Below, piece by piece: positions 8,091 through 18,258 of a stretch of DNA of 64,000 nt (position 1 is its first letter; the number at the start of each line of letters is the position of its first letter). A program made the translations under genes and the position numbers. Under the pieces are notes generated by a model that was not told where the DNA came from, searched no databases, and saw only the letters and a program-made list of their open reading frames with translations. The DNA comes from Burkholderiales bacterium (GTDB lineage Bacteria; Pseudomonadota; Gammaproteobacteria; Burkholderiales; JBBRTU01), in assembly GCA_038244115.1 (NCBI GenBank), contig JBBRTU010000001.1, forward strand, positions 150,632 through 214,631, given 5' to 3'.

Positions 8091-9377
8091 CTAAGTAATC
8101 ATGCCCAACATTCTTGGCAACCAGAGCGACAACGCCGGCCAGTAGGTAACGAGCACCAGAAACACCAGCATGGTGAGTAGCCACGGCCATACTGCGATAG
8201 TGAGTTCGGTGATGCCCATTTTGGCGATGCTGCTGGCGACGTAAAGGTTCAGTCCAACTGGCGGGTGACACATGCCGACTTCCATGTTCACCGTCATCAG
8301 AATGCCGAAATGCACCGGGTTAATACCCAGCTTCATGGCCACAGGGAACAGGATCGGCGCCATGATCAGCACAATGGAACTGGGTTCCATCACGTTGCCC
8401 GCCAACAGTAACAGTGCATTGACCACCAGCAGGAATGCAACTGGCCCTAGCCCTTTGTCGATCAGCCAGCCGGCCATCATCTGCGGAATTTGCTCGGAGG
8501 TCATGAGGAAAGAAAACAGCATGGCATTGGTGATAATGTAGAGCAGCATCGCGCTCATATTGGCGGAATCACGCAGCACCTTGGGCACTTGCTTCATTCC
8601 CATATCCTTGTAGACGAATACCGCGACGAAGAAGGCGTACACGGCAGCCATGGCAGCAGCCTCGGTAGGCGTAAAGATACCGGCGTAGATCCCGCCCATC
8701 ACCACCACGATCAGGAATAAACCCCACATCGATTCGCGGAAGGTTCTGAAACGCACACTCCATGAGGCTTTCGGCTGACGCGGGTAATCGAACTTGCGCG
8801 CGCGCCACCAGGTGGTCATGCCAAGCATGGTGGCCAGCACCAGACCTGGCATGACGCCAGCCAGGAATAAAGCGCCGAGCGAAGTGCTGGTCGATACGGA
8901 ATACATCACCATCACGATCGACGGCGGAATCAGAATACCGAGTGCACCCGAGGTGGTAATGACGCCCGCGCCGAAGCGTTTAGGGAAGCCGGACTTGATC
9001 ATTGCCGGCAGCAGGATCGAGCCGATTGCCACCACGGTTGCCGGGCTGGAACCGGAGATGGCGGCAAACAGGGCGCAGGCCAGCACCCCCGCCAATCCTA
9101 GCCCGCCGTACCAGTGGCCGACCATCGCTGTGGCGAAATTGATCATGCGCTTTGCTACCCCGCCGTGGGTGAGGAAGTTACCGGCGAGAATAAAAAACGG
9201 GATGGCCATGATCTCGAATTTCTCTATGCCGGTGAACAGTTTCAAGGCCACCGATTCGATCGGCACCGTGGTCATGGTAAAAAGGAAGGTCAGCACCGTG
9301 AGGCCGAGCGAAATGGAAATCGGCATGCCAGTGAGCATCAGCGCGAACAGCAACACGAAAATGATGGCGGCGTTCAT
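8091..9377 (-). CDS. dctM: TRAP transporter large permease
   Basis: 428 aa polytopic membrane protein typical of DctM. Overlaps dctQ by 4 bp. Confidence 0.93.
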   Translation of the reverse strand: MNAAIIFVLLFALMLTGMPISISLGLTVLTFLFTMTTVPIESVALKLFTGIEKFEIMAIPFFILAGNFLTHGGVAKRMINFATAMVGHWYGGLGLAGVLACALFAAISGSSPATVVAIGSILLPAMIKSGFPKRFGAGVITTSGALGILIPPSIVMVMYSVSTSTSLGALFLAGVMPGLVLATMLGMTTWWRARKFDYPRQPKASWSVRFRTFRESMWGLFLIVVVMGGIYAGIFTPTEAAAMAAVYAFFVAVFVYKDMGMKQVPKVLRDSANMSAMLLYIITNAMLFSFLMTSEQIPQMMAGWLIDKGLGPVAFLLVVNALLLLAGNVMEPSSIVLIMAPILFPVAMKLGINPVHFGILMTVNMEVGMCHPPVGLNLYVASSIAKMGITELTIAVWPWLLTMLVFLVLVTYWPALSLWLPRMLGMIT

Positions 9378-10015
9378 GGATGTTTCTCGCCGTTGGTAAT
9401 CCCGCGAGGATGCAGATTATCATCGAGACTGAAGGCGATAATATCTTCGTCCTTGATATCGTCCAGGCCTGCGACATGACCATGATCGTGGTGCGGCAAC
9501 TGGCCGGTTTTAATGAAGCTCCACGCCACCTGCACGAAGCGGAAACACATCAGGTAGGAGCCGAGCGGAATAGCCAGATAGACGATCCACATTGGAATTT
9601 CCAGGTCGGCAGAAACCTGCTCGGTGTGCGCTATGCGCCATACAAAGTGGGCACCCAGCGTGCCGACGATGCCGGTGAACAATGCGCCTGCCCCCAGGCC
9701 GAACAGAATGAATTTGACGCGAACTTTGTCAGACAACCGATTGACCAGCACATCCACGCCGACATGAATGCCGGTGCGCACGCCGTAGGCCGCGCCGAAT
9801 TTGGCCATCCACACAAACATGTAGATGCACAGTTCCTGCGCCCAGCTCATGTTGATGCGAAGCAGCACATCCTGCACCACGGGAATGGGTAAACCTGAAG
9901 CGTAACGATGCAGCACGGCAGCGAAGATCAGCAGTGTCGCCGCGCCGATAAGAAAGGCGATCAGCCATTCTTCAAGATGGTCGAGAAATTTCATCCAGAT
10001 AGTGACCGGTCGCAC
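9374..10015 (-). CDS. dctQ: TRAP transporter small permease (with extended acidic/His-rich C-terminal tail)
   Basis: 213 aa with four TM helices like DctQ. Sits between dctP and dctM. Confidence 0.85.
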   Translation of the reverse strand: MRPVTIWMKFLDHLEEWLIAFLIGAATLLIFAAVLHRYASGLPIPVVQDVLLRINMSWAQELCIYMFVWMAKFGAAYGVRTGIHVGVDVLVNRLSDKVRVKFILFGLGAGALFTGIVGTLGAHFVWRIAHTEQVSADLEIPMWIVYLAIPLGSYLMCFRFVQVAWSFIKTGQLPHHDHGHVAGLDDIKDEDIIAFSLDDNLHPRGITNGEKHP

Positions 10016-10073
10016 TCGGCCGGAAAAACACGGCGAATGCGAGGTATTCGCCGTGTTGTCATAATCCTTGCCC

Positions 10074-11081
10074 CTACAGTTTATTCGGGTCGAAGTCGGT
10101 CGCTTTATATATCGCCTGAATCAGATCCTTGCCGATCTTGGCTTCGTGCTCCTGGTGTACTTTCAGCATGGCTTTTTTCCACGCCCTCTTCTCCTCGTTG
10201 GACAGCGAAGTGATCTGGGTCTTGCCGGACTTGATTACCGCTTGCAATGCGTCGTCATTTTCTTTCTTGGCGATGTCATTCTCAAATTTGGTGGCGTCTT
10301 TCATCGCCCCTTCGAGGACAGTGCGAATGCCGGGCGGCAATCCTTCCCAGAAGGCTTTGTTAACAACCACCGCATAGCCCAGGTAGCCATGATTGGAAAG
10401 CGTGACGTGTTTCTGCACCTCATGCATTTTTTGCGTGTAAAAATTCGACATGGGATTTTCAGTACCATCCACCACGCCAGTCTGCAGTGACTGGTATACC
10501 TCGGAAAAAACCATCACCTGGGGGATAGCGCCAAGCGCCCGCATCTCCGAATCCAGCACCTTGGAAGACTGGATACGCATTTTCATGCCTTTGAAATCGT
10601 CAGGTTTTTTGAGTAACTTATTGGCGCTCATCTGCTTGAAGCCGTTGTCCCAAAACGTCAGACCGATCAAGCCTTTGCTATCGAGTTTTTTCAGCAGCAT
10701 TTGGCCGATAGGCCCCTGCGTTACCTTGTGCAACTCTTCGTAATTGTCGAACAGGTAGGGCAAATCGAACACTTCAAATTCGCGCACACCCAGCGGCCCG
10801 AATTTAGCCATAGAAGGCGCCAGCATTTGTACTGAACCAAGTTGCAACGCCTCCAGCTCTTCCTTGTCTTTGTAGAGTTGGCTGTTGGGATAAACCTCGA
10901 CCTTGACTCTGCCCTTGGTGCGTTCTTCCGCAAGTTTTTTGAAATACTCCGCCGCTTTTCCCTTAGGGGTATCGACGGCGACGACATGACTGAACTTGAT
11001 CACGATTGGTTGCTCGGCAGTCGCCGTAAGAGAAAAGGCTGCCACTACGATGCCAAAAATCAGACCGTAGAATCTACCCAT
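10074..11081 (-). CDS. dctP: TRAP transporter substrate-binding protein (C4-dicarboxylate type)
   Basis: 335 aa with a signal peptide and the DctP-family pattern IKFSHVVAVDTPKGKAAEYFKKLAEERTKGRVKVEVYPNSQLY. Confidence 0.93.
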   Translation of the reverse strand: MGRFYGLIFGIVVAAFSLTATAEQPIVIKFSHVVAVDTPKGKAAEYFKKLAEERTKGRVKVEVYPNSQLYKDKEELEALQLGSVQMLAPSMAKFGPLGVREFEVFDLPYLFDNYEELHKVTQGPIGQMLLKKLDSKGLIGLTFWDNGFKQMSANKLLKKPDDFKGMKMRIQSSKVLDSEMRALGAIPQVMVFSEVYQSLQTGVVDGTENPMSNFYTQKMHEVQKHVTLSNHGYLGYAVVVNKAFWEGLPPGIRTVLEGAMKDATKFENDIAKKENDDALQAVIKSGKTQITSLSNEEKRAWKKAMLKVHQEHEAKIGKDLIQAIYKATDFDPNKL

Positions 11082-11186
11082 TACCCACCTCCAAGTTGTT
11101 CGCTCACAACACGATTACGGGATGAAAATCTGCCAGACGAAATGCACAAATAGAACAATTTGAATTATACCTTGCAGATCGAGCAC

Positions 11187-11447
11187 CTAGTGCCCTTGCA
11201 CTGCCGACAATAACTTGAGCAATTGTGCCACATCGCCACTTTCCTCACTGGCAGTGCTTTTATGCCCGCCGATCCCATCGCTGACAAAGTCAACCGCTAG
11301 CGGCACACAGACCGACACGACACTCGCCAGCAGGAATACCAACAGGCTACGGGACATGCCCTTGTCCATGCCCTGCTCATCGAAGTAGCGGTTCAAAAAG
11401 AACACAGCCACAAAAAAGGCAAGCGTCGAAATTATCAGATCCAGCAT
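11187..11447 (-). CDS. Small membrane protein, hypothetical
   Basis: 86 aa with two predicted TM helices; no family recognised. Confidence 0.4.
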   Translation of the reverse strand: MLDLIISTLAFFVAVFFLNRYFDEQGMDKGMSRSLLVFLLASVVSVCVPLAVDFVSDGIGGHKSTASEESGDVAQLLKLLSAVQGH

Positions 11448-11539
11448 GTTCTCAAGCGCTCCATAAAAGCCGGCCCATCGCGTAATCGTTTTGCAATCCA
11501 GCTGATCATCTACTCAAAAATATCCGGCAGCATCGCTAC

Positions 11540-11586
11540 GCACCATATCTAAGCACATGATAATGAATCGCGCACCACATTGATGC
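11540..11586 (+). promoter_or_regulatory. Candidate enhancer (NtrC-type) sites upstream of nirB
   Basis: GCACCATATCTAAGCAC at 11540-11556 matches 16/17 positions of a motif upstream of nrtA (31388-31404 on the opposite strand). GCACCACATTGATGC at 11572-11586 matches 11 of the 12 specified positions of the NtrC core GCACCA-N3-TGGTGC. Confidence 0.45.
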
Positions 11587-11646
11587 GCACCGTCGTCCTC
11601 TGTTCATTTCTCAAAGCCACTTCCTTGTTCTGAATAAACAAATTTC

Positions 11647-11664
11647 CTGGCACGCAAATTGCTA
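11647..11664 (+). promoter_or_regulatory. Sigma-54 promoter of the nirB operon
   Basis: CTGGCACGCAAATTGCTA equals TGGCAC-N5-TTGC with the correct -24/-12 spacing. It lies about 50 nt upstream of the nirB ATG. Confidence 0.7.
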
Positions 11665-11711
11665 AACATATTTGTAATTATCACATCAAAAAAGATCCGA
11701 GGAGAGCAGTA

Positions 11712-14138
11712 ATGAAAAGAATGAAGCTGGTGATGATCGGCAACGGTATGGCCGGGGTGCGCACGCTGGAGGAAGTGTTGAAACTTTCCCCCGAGCTTTA
11801 CGACATCACCGTGTTCGGCGCCGAACCCTACGCCAACTACAACCGCATCATGTTGAGTCCGGTGCTGTGCGGCGAGCAGAGCATTAAGGACATCATGTTG
11901 AACGACGTGGATTGGTATGCGGAGAACGGCATTCAACTGCACCTCAACAAAAAAATTATCAAGATCGATCGTCGTGCGCGCAAGGTTTTCGCCGAGGATG
12001 GCACGCAAGCAGCGTATGACCGGCTGATTATGGCTACCGGCTCCAACCCGGTCATCTTGCCTATTCCCGGTGCGAATCTAAAAGGCGTGGTGAGCTTCCG
12101 TGACATTCACGATGTGGATGCCATGGTCGAAGCTTCCGGTAAATTCAAACACGCTGTCGTGATCGGTGGTGGGCTGCTAGGGCTTGAAGCAGCAAACGGT
12201 CTCAAAGCGCGCGGTATGGAAGTAAGCGTGGTGCACCTTTCCCCGTGGTTGATGGAGCGGCAATTGGATGAAACTGCCGCGCGCATGTTGCAGAAAAATC
12301 TGGAAGCGCGCGGACTAAATTTCCTGTTGCAAAAACAGACGGCGGAATTGGTCGGCAATGATAATCGTGTTGTTGCAGTGAAGTTTGCCGATGGCGAGGA
12401 AATCAAGGCTGACCTGGTGGTGATGGCAGTCGGAATTCGCCCTAATACCGCACTGGCCGAATCAGCCGGCATTCATTGTAGCCGCGGCATTGTGGTGAAC
12501 GACACCATGCAGACTTACGATCCGCGCATCTACGCGGTGGGTGAATGCGTCAATCATCGCGGCATGGCATATGGATTGGTTGCACCCTTGTTCGAGATGG
12601 CCAAAGTATGCGCCAATCATCTGGCAGAAATGGGCATCGGTCGCTACGTCGGCTCGGCAGTTTCCACCAAGCTGAAAGTAACCGGTATCGACTTGTTCTC
12701 TGCCGGCGATTTCCAGGGCGGCGAAGGCACCGAGGAAATTGTGCTGCACGACGCGGCAGGCGGCATCTACAAAAAATTACTCGTGAAAGGCGACCGCCTG
12801 TCCGGGGCGGTGCTCTATGGCGATACCACCAACGGTTCCTGGTATTTCCAGTTACTGCGCGAAGGACGCAGCATCACAGAAATCCGCGACCAGCTTCTGT
12901 TCGGTCAGAACAACCTGGGCAATACCGGTCATCAAGGACAAATTCGCGCCGCAGATATGCCAGACGATATGGAAGTGTGCGGCTGCAACGGTGTATGCAA
13001 GGGTGCCATCGTCAAGGGCATAAAAGAAAAGGGTCTGTTCACCTTGGACGACGTGCGCAAGCACACCAAGGCATCATCCTCCTGCGGCTCCTGCACAGGT
13101 CTGGTGGAGCAGATACTTGCCTCCACCTTGGGTGGCGATTACTCCGCCTCGCCTGCCGTGAAGCCGATGTGCAGCTGCACCGAGTACACGCACGAGGAAG
13201 TGCGTAAGACCATACGCGAACAAAAACTTTTGTCCATTCCGGCAGTGATGAAATTTATGGAATGGCGCACGGCAGATGGTTGCCCAACCTGCCGCCCGGC
13301 GCTTAACTACTACCTGATTTCTACTTGGCCAACAGAGGCCATCGACGACCCACAGTCGCGCTTCATCAACGAGCGCGCCCACGGCAACATCCAGAAGGAT
13401 GGCACCTTCTCTGTGATACCCCGCATGTGGGGCGGCACTACTACGGCTGCCGATCTGCGCCGCATCGCCGATGTAGCAGACAAATACCAGGTGCCGATGA
13501 TTCGCGTCACCGGTGGACAGCGCATCGACCTGTTCGGCATAAAAAAAGAAGACCTGCCGAAAGTATGGGCCGACCTTGATATGCCGTCTGGCCACGCCTA
13601 CGGCAAGGCATTGCGCACGGTAAAAACCTGCATCGGCACCGAGTTCTGCCGCTTCGGCACACAGGATTCTACCGGGATGGGCATCGCCCTGGAGAAGGCG
13701 CTGTGGAAAATGTGGTCGCCGCACAAGGTCAAGCTGGCTGTATCCGGCTGCCCGCGCAACTGCGCCGAAGCAGCAATCAAGGACGTGGGCATCATCGGCG
13801 TCGATTCCGGCTGGGAAATTTATGTTGGCGGCAATGGCGGCATCAAAACCGAAGTGGCGCAATTCCTGATCAAGGTAAAAACAGCAGAAGAGGTGCTCGA
13901 ATATAGTGGCGCATTTCTCCAGCTATACCGTGAAGAAGCACGCTATCTGGACCGCACCGTGCACTGGCTGCAACGCGTCGGACTCGATTATGTGAAGCAG
14001 AAAATGGTGGAGGATGCAGACAACCGCAAAGCCCTGTACGCACGACTGCGCCTGGCGCTGGATGCCCAGAAAGACCCGTGGAAAGAGCGTGCCCAGGAAG
14101 GCGTCGCTAAACATGAGTTCGAAACCGTCAACATTTAG
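11712..14138 (+). CDS. nirB: Assimilatory nitrite reductase [NAD(P)H] large subunit
   Basis: 808 aa with an N-terminal FAD/NAD fold (VMIGNGMAG), BFD-like 2Fe-2S cysteines and a sirohaem/4Fe-4S domain (CxxxxxC...C...C). Confidence 0.95.
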   Translation: MKRMKLVMIGNGMAGVRTLEEVLKLSPELYDITVFGAEPYANYNRIMLSPVLCGEQSIKDIMLNDVDWYAENGIQLHLNKKIIKIDRRARKVFAEDGTQAAYDRLIMATGSNPVILPIPGANLKGVVSFRDIHDVDAMVEASGKFKHAVVIGGGLLGLEAANGLKARGMEVSVVHLSPWLMERQLDETAARMLQKNLEARGLNFLLQKQTAELVGNDNRVVAVKFADGEEIKADLVVMAVGIRPNTALAESAGIHCSRGIVVNDTMQTYDPRIYAVGECVNHRGMAYGLVAPLFEMAKVCANHLAEMGIGRYVGSAVSTKLKVTGIDLFSAGDFQGGEGTEEIVLHDAAGGIYKKLLVKGDRLSGAVLYGDTTNGSWYFQLLREGRSITEIRDQLLFGQNNLGNTGHQGQIRAADMPDDMEVCGCNGVCKGAIVKGIKEKGLFTLDDVRKHTKASSSCGSCTGLVEQILASTLGGDYSASPAVKPMCSCTEYTHEEVRKTIREQKLLSIPAVMKFMEWRTADGCPTCRPALNYYLISTWPTEAIDDPQSRFINERAHGNIQKDGTFSVIPRMWGGTTTAADLRRIADVADKYQVPMIRVTGGQRIDLFGIKKEDLPKVWADLDMPSGHAYGKALRTVKTCIGTEFCRFGTQDSTGMGIALEKALWKMWSPHKVKLAVSGCPRNCAEAAIKDVGIIGVDSGWEIYVGGNGGIKTEVAQFLIKVKTAEEVLEYSGAFLQLYREEARYLDRTVHWLQRVGLDYVKQKMVEDADNRKALYARLRLALDAQKDPWKERAQEGVAKHEFETVNI

Positions 14139-14147
14139 GAAATCACC

Positions 14148-16328
14148 ATGCTGTTCGGACGAAGCAAAAAAAACCCGATCAAGATTGCCGACAAGGGTGT
14201 GGTCGAGTGGAAATACACCACCTGCGGTTATTGCTCCACGGGCTGTTCCATCGAAGTCGGCCTGGATGCAAGCGGCCGTGGGGTGGCCGCGCGCGGCGTG
14301 GCAGATGCGCCAGTTAATCAGGGCAAGTTGTGCATTAAAGGCATCTTCGAATACGAGCTGTTCAACTCCGCCAACCGAGGTAAAACACCCTTGCTGCGCG
14401 ACAAAACCTATCGACCATTTCGTGAAGTAAGCTGGGACAAGGCACTGGATTTCAGCGCCAGTGAAATCCAGCGTATCCAGCAACAATATGGACGCGACAG
14501 CTTCGCCATCGTTTCCACCGGACAGATATTGACCGAGGAATTCTATACCTTGGGCAAACTTGCGCGCGGCGTGATCGGCACCAACAACTACGACGGCAAC
14601 ACCACGCTGTGCATGTCCTCGGCGGTGTCCGGCTACAAGCGCTCTTTCGGCAGCGACGGCCCGCCCGGATGCTACGATGATTTCGACCACACCGAATGCC
14701 TGATGGCGTTCGGCTCCAACCTGCCGGAGCAGCACCCGATTATTTACTGGCGCCTCAAGATGGCGTTGGAAAAGCGCAGCTTCCCGGTGATCGTGGTGGA
14801 CCCGCGCGTAACCATGCTCGCGCAGATGGCGGATATCCATCTGCCGATTACGCCCGGCACAGACCTGGTGCTGTTGAATGCAATGGCGCACGTCATCCTC
14901 AAGGAAGGCCTGGCCAAGCAAGACTATATCGGCGCCCACACGACAGGCTTCGATGCGTTCAGTGAACTGGTAGCGCAGTACGACCCGGTGATGGCCGCGA
15001 AAATTTGCGGTATCGACGAGGACACGATCCGCCACGTTGCGCGCGTCTATGCGAACGCCGGCGCTGCCATGAGCATCTGGACCATGGGCATCAACCAAAG
15101 CACGCACGGCTCCGATGGCGTAGCGGCCATCAACAATCTGAACCTGATCACCGGTAATATCGGCAAACCAGGCGGCACCTCGCTTTCCATCACCGGCCAG
15201 TGCAATGCCATGGGCACACGCGAATGGTCGTCCTGTTCGGGCCTGCCGGGTTACCGCTCGCTGGAAAAAGAAAAAGACCGGCAGGAAATCGCCGACTATT
15301 GGGGTATCGACCCGGAATTTTTTCCCAAACAGCGCGGCATGTTCATGACCGACATTCTGCCCGCCATTGAAACCGGGCAGATCAAAGGGCTGTGGCTGGT
15401 TGCCACCAACCCGATGACGTCCATGCCCAATACCCCGCGCATTCGCAGAACGTTGGAGAAGCTGGAGTTCCTCGTGGTGCAGGATGCTTACTCCGACGTA
15501 GAGACTAATCAATATGCCCACGTCTATCTTCCCGCCGCACTGTGGGGCGAGAAAGAAGGCGTATTCACCAACACCGAGCGTCGCGTCAATCTGGTGCGCA
15601 AGGTCATGGAACCGCACGGCGACGCCAAGGCCGATTTGTGGATTTTCAACCAGCTTGCAAAAAGGTTTGAGCAGGGGCGCAAGATCCACTTTCCGGAACA
15701 GCCTGCTGAAGTGTTCGACGAAATGCGCGAACTGTCGCGTGGCCGCATGCTGGACTACTCCGGCATGACGCATGACAAGATCGAAGCGCAGCGTGGATTG
15801 CAATGGCCGTGCAGCGATGGTGCGGAAACCGGTTCTCCCCGCCTGTATACCGATGGCGTATTTCAGCACGCGGATGGAAAAGCGAAATTGCTTCCGCTGC
15901 CGTTCATCGACAACAACGAGCGACCTGATGAGGACTATCCGTTCTGGCTCAACTCTGGTCGCGTGGTCGAGCATTTCCACACGCGCACGCGCACCGGCAA
16001 GATCGGCAACATGAACAAGTTCAGCCCGACGCCGTACATGGAGATGAATCCGGACGCCGCGAAAAAATTGGGCATCACGCACATGGGCTACGCGCGCCTG
16101 ATCTCGCGCCGTGGCGATGGCGTGGTAATGGTGCAATTGACCCAGCGCGTGCCGCCCAACATGGTGTTTATCCCGTTTCATTTTCATGAATGCGTCAATC
16201 GCCTGACGCTTGGCCTGCTTGACCCGCATTCACGTCAACCGGCTTTCAAGCAGTGTGCAGTCAAGATCGAGCCAGCAGCGTGTCAGCAATCGGCAGCCGT
16301 GGTGAATGCCGATTCACGGAGTTATTAA
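14148..16328 (+). CDS. nasA: Nas-type molybdopterin oxidoreductase (assimilatory nitrate reductase catalytic subunit), no Tat signal
   Basis: 726 aa with an N-terminal 4Fe-4S motif C-G-Y-C-S-T-G-C and MopB nitrate-reductase-like core motifs. The N-terminus MLFGRSKKNPIK has no twin-arginine motif. Confidence 0.88.
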   Translation: MLFGRSKKNPIKIADKGVVEWKYTTCGYCSTGCSIEVGLDASGRGVAARGVADAPVNQGKLCIKGIFEYELFNSANRGKTPLLRDKTYRPFREVSWDKALDFSASEIQRIQQQYGRDSFAIVSTGQILTEEFYTLGKLARGVIGTNNYDGNTTLCMSSAVSGYKRSFGSDGPPGCYDDFDHTECLMAFGSNLPEQHPIIYWRLKMALEKRSFPVIVVDPRVTMLAQMADIHLPITPGTDLVLLNAMAHVILKEGLAKQDYIGAHTTGFDAFSELVAQYDPVMAAKICGIDEDTIRHVARVYANAGAAMSIWTMGINQSTHGSDGVAAINNLNLITGNIGKPGGTSLSITGQCNAMGTREWSSCSGLPGYRSLEKEKDRQEIADYWGIDPEFFPKQRGMFMTDILPAIETGQIKGLWLVATNPMTSMPNTPRIRRTLEKLEFLVVQDAYSDVETNQYAHVYLPAALWGEKEGVFTNTERRVNLVRKVMEPHGDAKADLWIFNQLAKRFEQGRKIHFPEQPAEVFDEMRELSRGRMLDYSGMTHDKIEAQRGLQWPCSDGAETGSPRLYTDGVFQHADGKAKLLPLPFIDNNERPDEDYPFWLNSGRVVEHFHTRTRTGKIGNMNKFSPTPYMEMNPDAAKKLGITHMGYARLISRRGDGVVMVQLTQRVPPNMVFIPFHFHECVNRLTLGLLDPHSRQPAFKQCAVKIEPAACQQSAAVVNADSRSY

Positions 16329-16354
16329 AAAACATGGGGTCGGACAAGCACTAG

Positions 16355-16387
16355 ACCCGAAACGCTAAACCCGAAACTCGAAACCGG
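16355..16387. repeat. CCCGAAAC-type short repeat cluster
   Basis: ACCCGAAACGCTAAACCCGAAACTCGAAACCGG in the nasA-downstream gap. Same family as 19927-20019. Confidence 0.6.
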
Positions 16388-16399
16388 ATTTCATACGCT

Positions 16400-18241
16400 A
16401 TGTTTAAAGTACGCAACAACGAACCTCAGTACGCGCTCCTCGCACCATCTGGTGCCTTGGAAACCAATCAGCACGGCAAGCAGATCAGGCTGGTGGATGC
16501 TAACCACCCGCTCGCCGGGCAGAGCCTGAACATCAACAATGATGCGGGTATCAGCACGAACCCTGACCGCTACAAGCAGCATGGCTTTCACTTCACCGCC
16601 GACAACTGTATCGGCTGCCATGCCTGCGAAGCAGCGTGCAGCGAGAAAAACAATTTGCCCGCACATATCAGCTTCCGCTCGGTGGGTTACGTAGAAGGCG
16701 GCACTTACCCTGATTTCAAGCGCGTCAATATTTCCATGGCGTGCAACCACTGCGACGACCCGGTTTGCCTGAAAGGCTGCCCGACCCGCGCCTATACGAA
16801 ATTTGCCGAATACGGCGCGGTGTTACAGGATCCGGATATTTGCTTCGGCTGCGGCTACTGCACCTGGGTATGCCCGTATAATGCGCCGCAACTCGACCCG
16901 GTCAAGGGCGAGGTGTCCAAATGCAACATGTGCGTCGATAGACTTGAAGTAGGTTTGAAACCAGCTTGCGTAGCGGCATGCCTGGCTGGCGCGCTGGACT
17001 TTGGCGTAGTCGAAACCACACCCGAAAATCGTGAGCAGACGAAGCTCAGCATTCCAGGCTTTCCCACGCCAGAAATCACCCACCCTAATATCCGCTTCCA
17101 GCAAGTGAAAAGCTTGCCGCGCGAAATGCACCGCACCGACAGCATGCCGCTGGTCTACGTCAGGAAAGACCAGCAGACGAAAACGGAATACCAGTCGCAA
17201 GTCGCCGTCAGTCAGGGAAAGGTAGAGTGGAACCTCAACAAACTGCGTTCACGCGAAGATCCGCTGGTGATTTTCACCCTGATTTCACAAGCAGTGATTG
17301 GCGCATTTCTGGCCTTGTTCCTTGGGCCGCTGCTGGGCCTGTCAGCGCTTGCGCCGGATGCGCATCCAACCACGTATGCAATATTGCTGTTGAGTTTGCT
17401 GGGCGCAGAGACCTTTGCGCTGGGCTTGTCCACCTCGCACCTGGGCAAACCGCATCGTTTCTATCGCGCCTTCAACAACCTGCGCTATTCGCCGGTAAGC
17501 CGCGAAGTGGCGGCGCTGGCGCTGTTCTACAACGCGCTGGGCGGTTATGCATTGCTTACGATTTTCCCGCAGTGGTTTAGCTGGTTACCACAGGGATGGG
17601 TGCCAGGCCTGCACATGCTGTGCGGCTGGGCGGGAGTGATTTTCGGGCCGTTGGCTTTGTACGCCATGCAACGCATTTACCGCATTCCAGCACGGCCATT
17701 CTGGAATCACTGGCAAGTGTTGACGTCCTTTTTCGGCAGCATGTTGACCTTGGGAGCACTGGTGGTTGCCATAGTGTATGCGGCTGTCTTGCATGCGCAA
17801 GGGCAGCCGTTCGCCGGATTGCTGTCGGCGCTGACCTTGCCCATTGAACTTGGGTTGATTGTGGAAGGCTTGGGGCTGGTCGCACATGCGCGTTATCTCC
17901 GCGAAAGTGGCAGCGAAGCAGCAGCTGCGCACCAGGCACAACGCACCACCTTCGGTAAAACCTATATTGCGCGGATCGGCGGAATGGTTGTCGCCATCGC
18001 AATGGTCGTCTATCTCGGCACATCGCTGCTTGATGGCACTGCCGGTCTGTGGGTCTGGTCGATCGTGGCGGCGTTGATTGTGGCGACTGCTCTGGTTGGG
18101 CGCGCGCTGTTCTACGTGCTGGTTATTCCCACCACCATGCCCGGCGCATTCTTCTGGCGCAATCGCGGCTTTGAGGAACACGCCCGCGAAACGGGGCTGG
18201 CCAATATGCCGCAGGTTGGGGTGCTGCCGCATGTTCATTGA
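16400..18241 (+). CDS. Fusion of a 4x[4Fe-4S] ferredoxin (DmsB-like) and a DmsC/NrfD-like polytopic membrane anchor
   Basis: 613 aa. Four Cys clusters are present (CIGCHACEAAC, CNHCDDPVCLKGC, CFGCGYCTWVC, CNMCVDRL...CVAAC), followed by about 8 predicted TM helices. Start codon is uncertain because no clear RBS is visible. Confidence 0.85.
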   Translation: MFKVRNNEPQYALLAPSGALETNQHGKQIRLVDANHPLAGQSLNINNDAGISTNPDRYKQHGFHFTADNCIGCHACEAACSEKNNLPAHISFRSVGYVEGGTYPDFKRVNISMACNHCDDPVCLKGCPTRAYTKFAEYGAVLQDPDICFGCGYCTWVCPYNAPQLDPVKGEVSKCNMCVDRLEVGLKPACVAACLAGALDFGVVETTPENREQTKLSIPGFPTPEITHPNIRFQQVKSLPREMHRTDSMPLVYVRKDQQTKTEYQSQVAVSQGKVEWNLNKLRSREDPLVIFTLISQAVIGAFLALFLGPLLGLSALAPDAHPTTYAILLLSLLGAETFALGLSTSHLGKPHRFYRAFNNLRYSPVSREVAALALFYNALGGYALLTIFPQWFSWLPQGWVPGLHMLCGWAGVIFGPLALYAMQRIYRIPARPFWNHWQVLTSFFGSMLTLGALVVAIVYAAVLHAQGQPFAGLLSALTLPIELGLIVEGLGLVAHARYLRESGSEAAAAHQAQRTTFGKTYIARIGGMVVAIAMVVYLGTSLLDGTAGLWVWSIVAALIVATALVGRALFYVLVIPTTMPGAFFWRNRGFEEHARETGLANMPQVGVLPHVH

Positions 18242-18258
18242 TTTTATGAAACATAACT

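Noticed and set aside
13923-16229. 768-aa ORF on the minus strand
   Set aside because: It is entirely antisense to the well-supported nasA-type molybdoenzyme gene. Its composition is Arg/Ala/Gly/His-rich and no motifs are present. This is a typical shadow ORF of a GC-rich gene.
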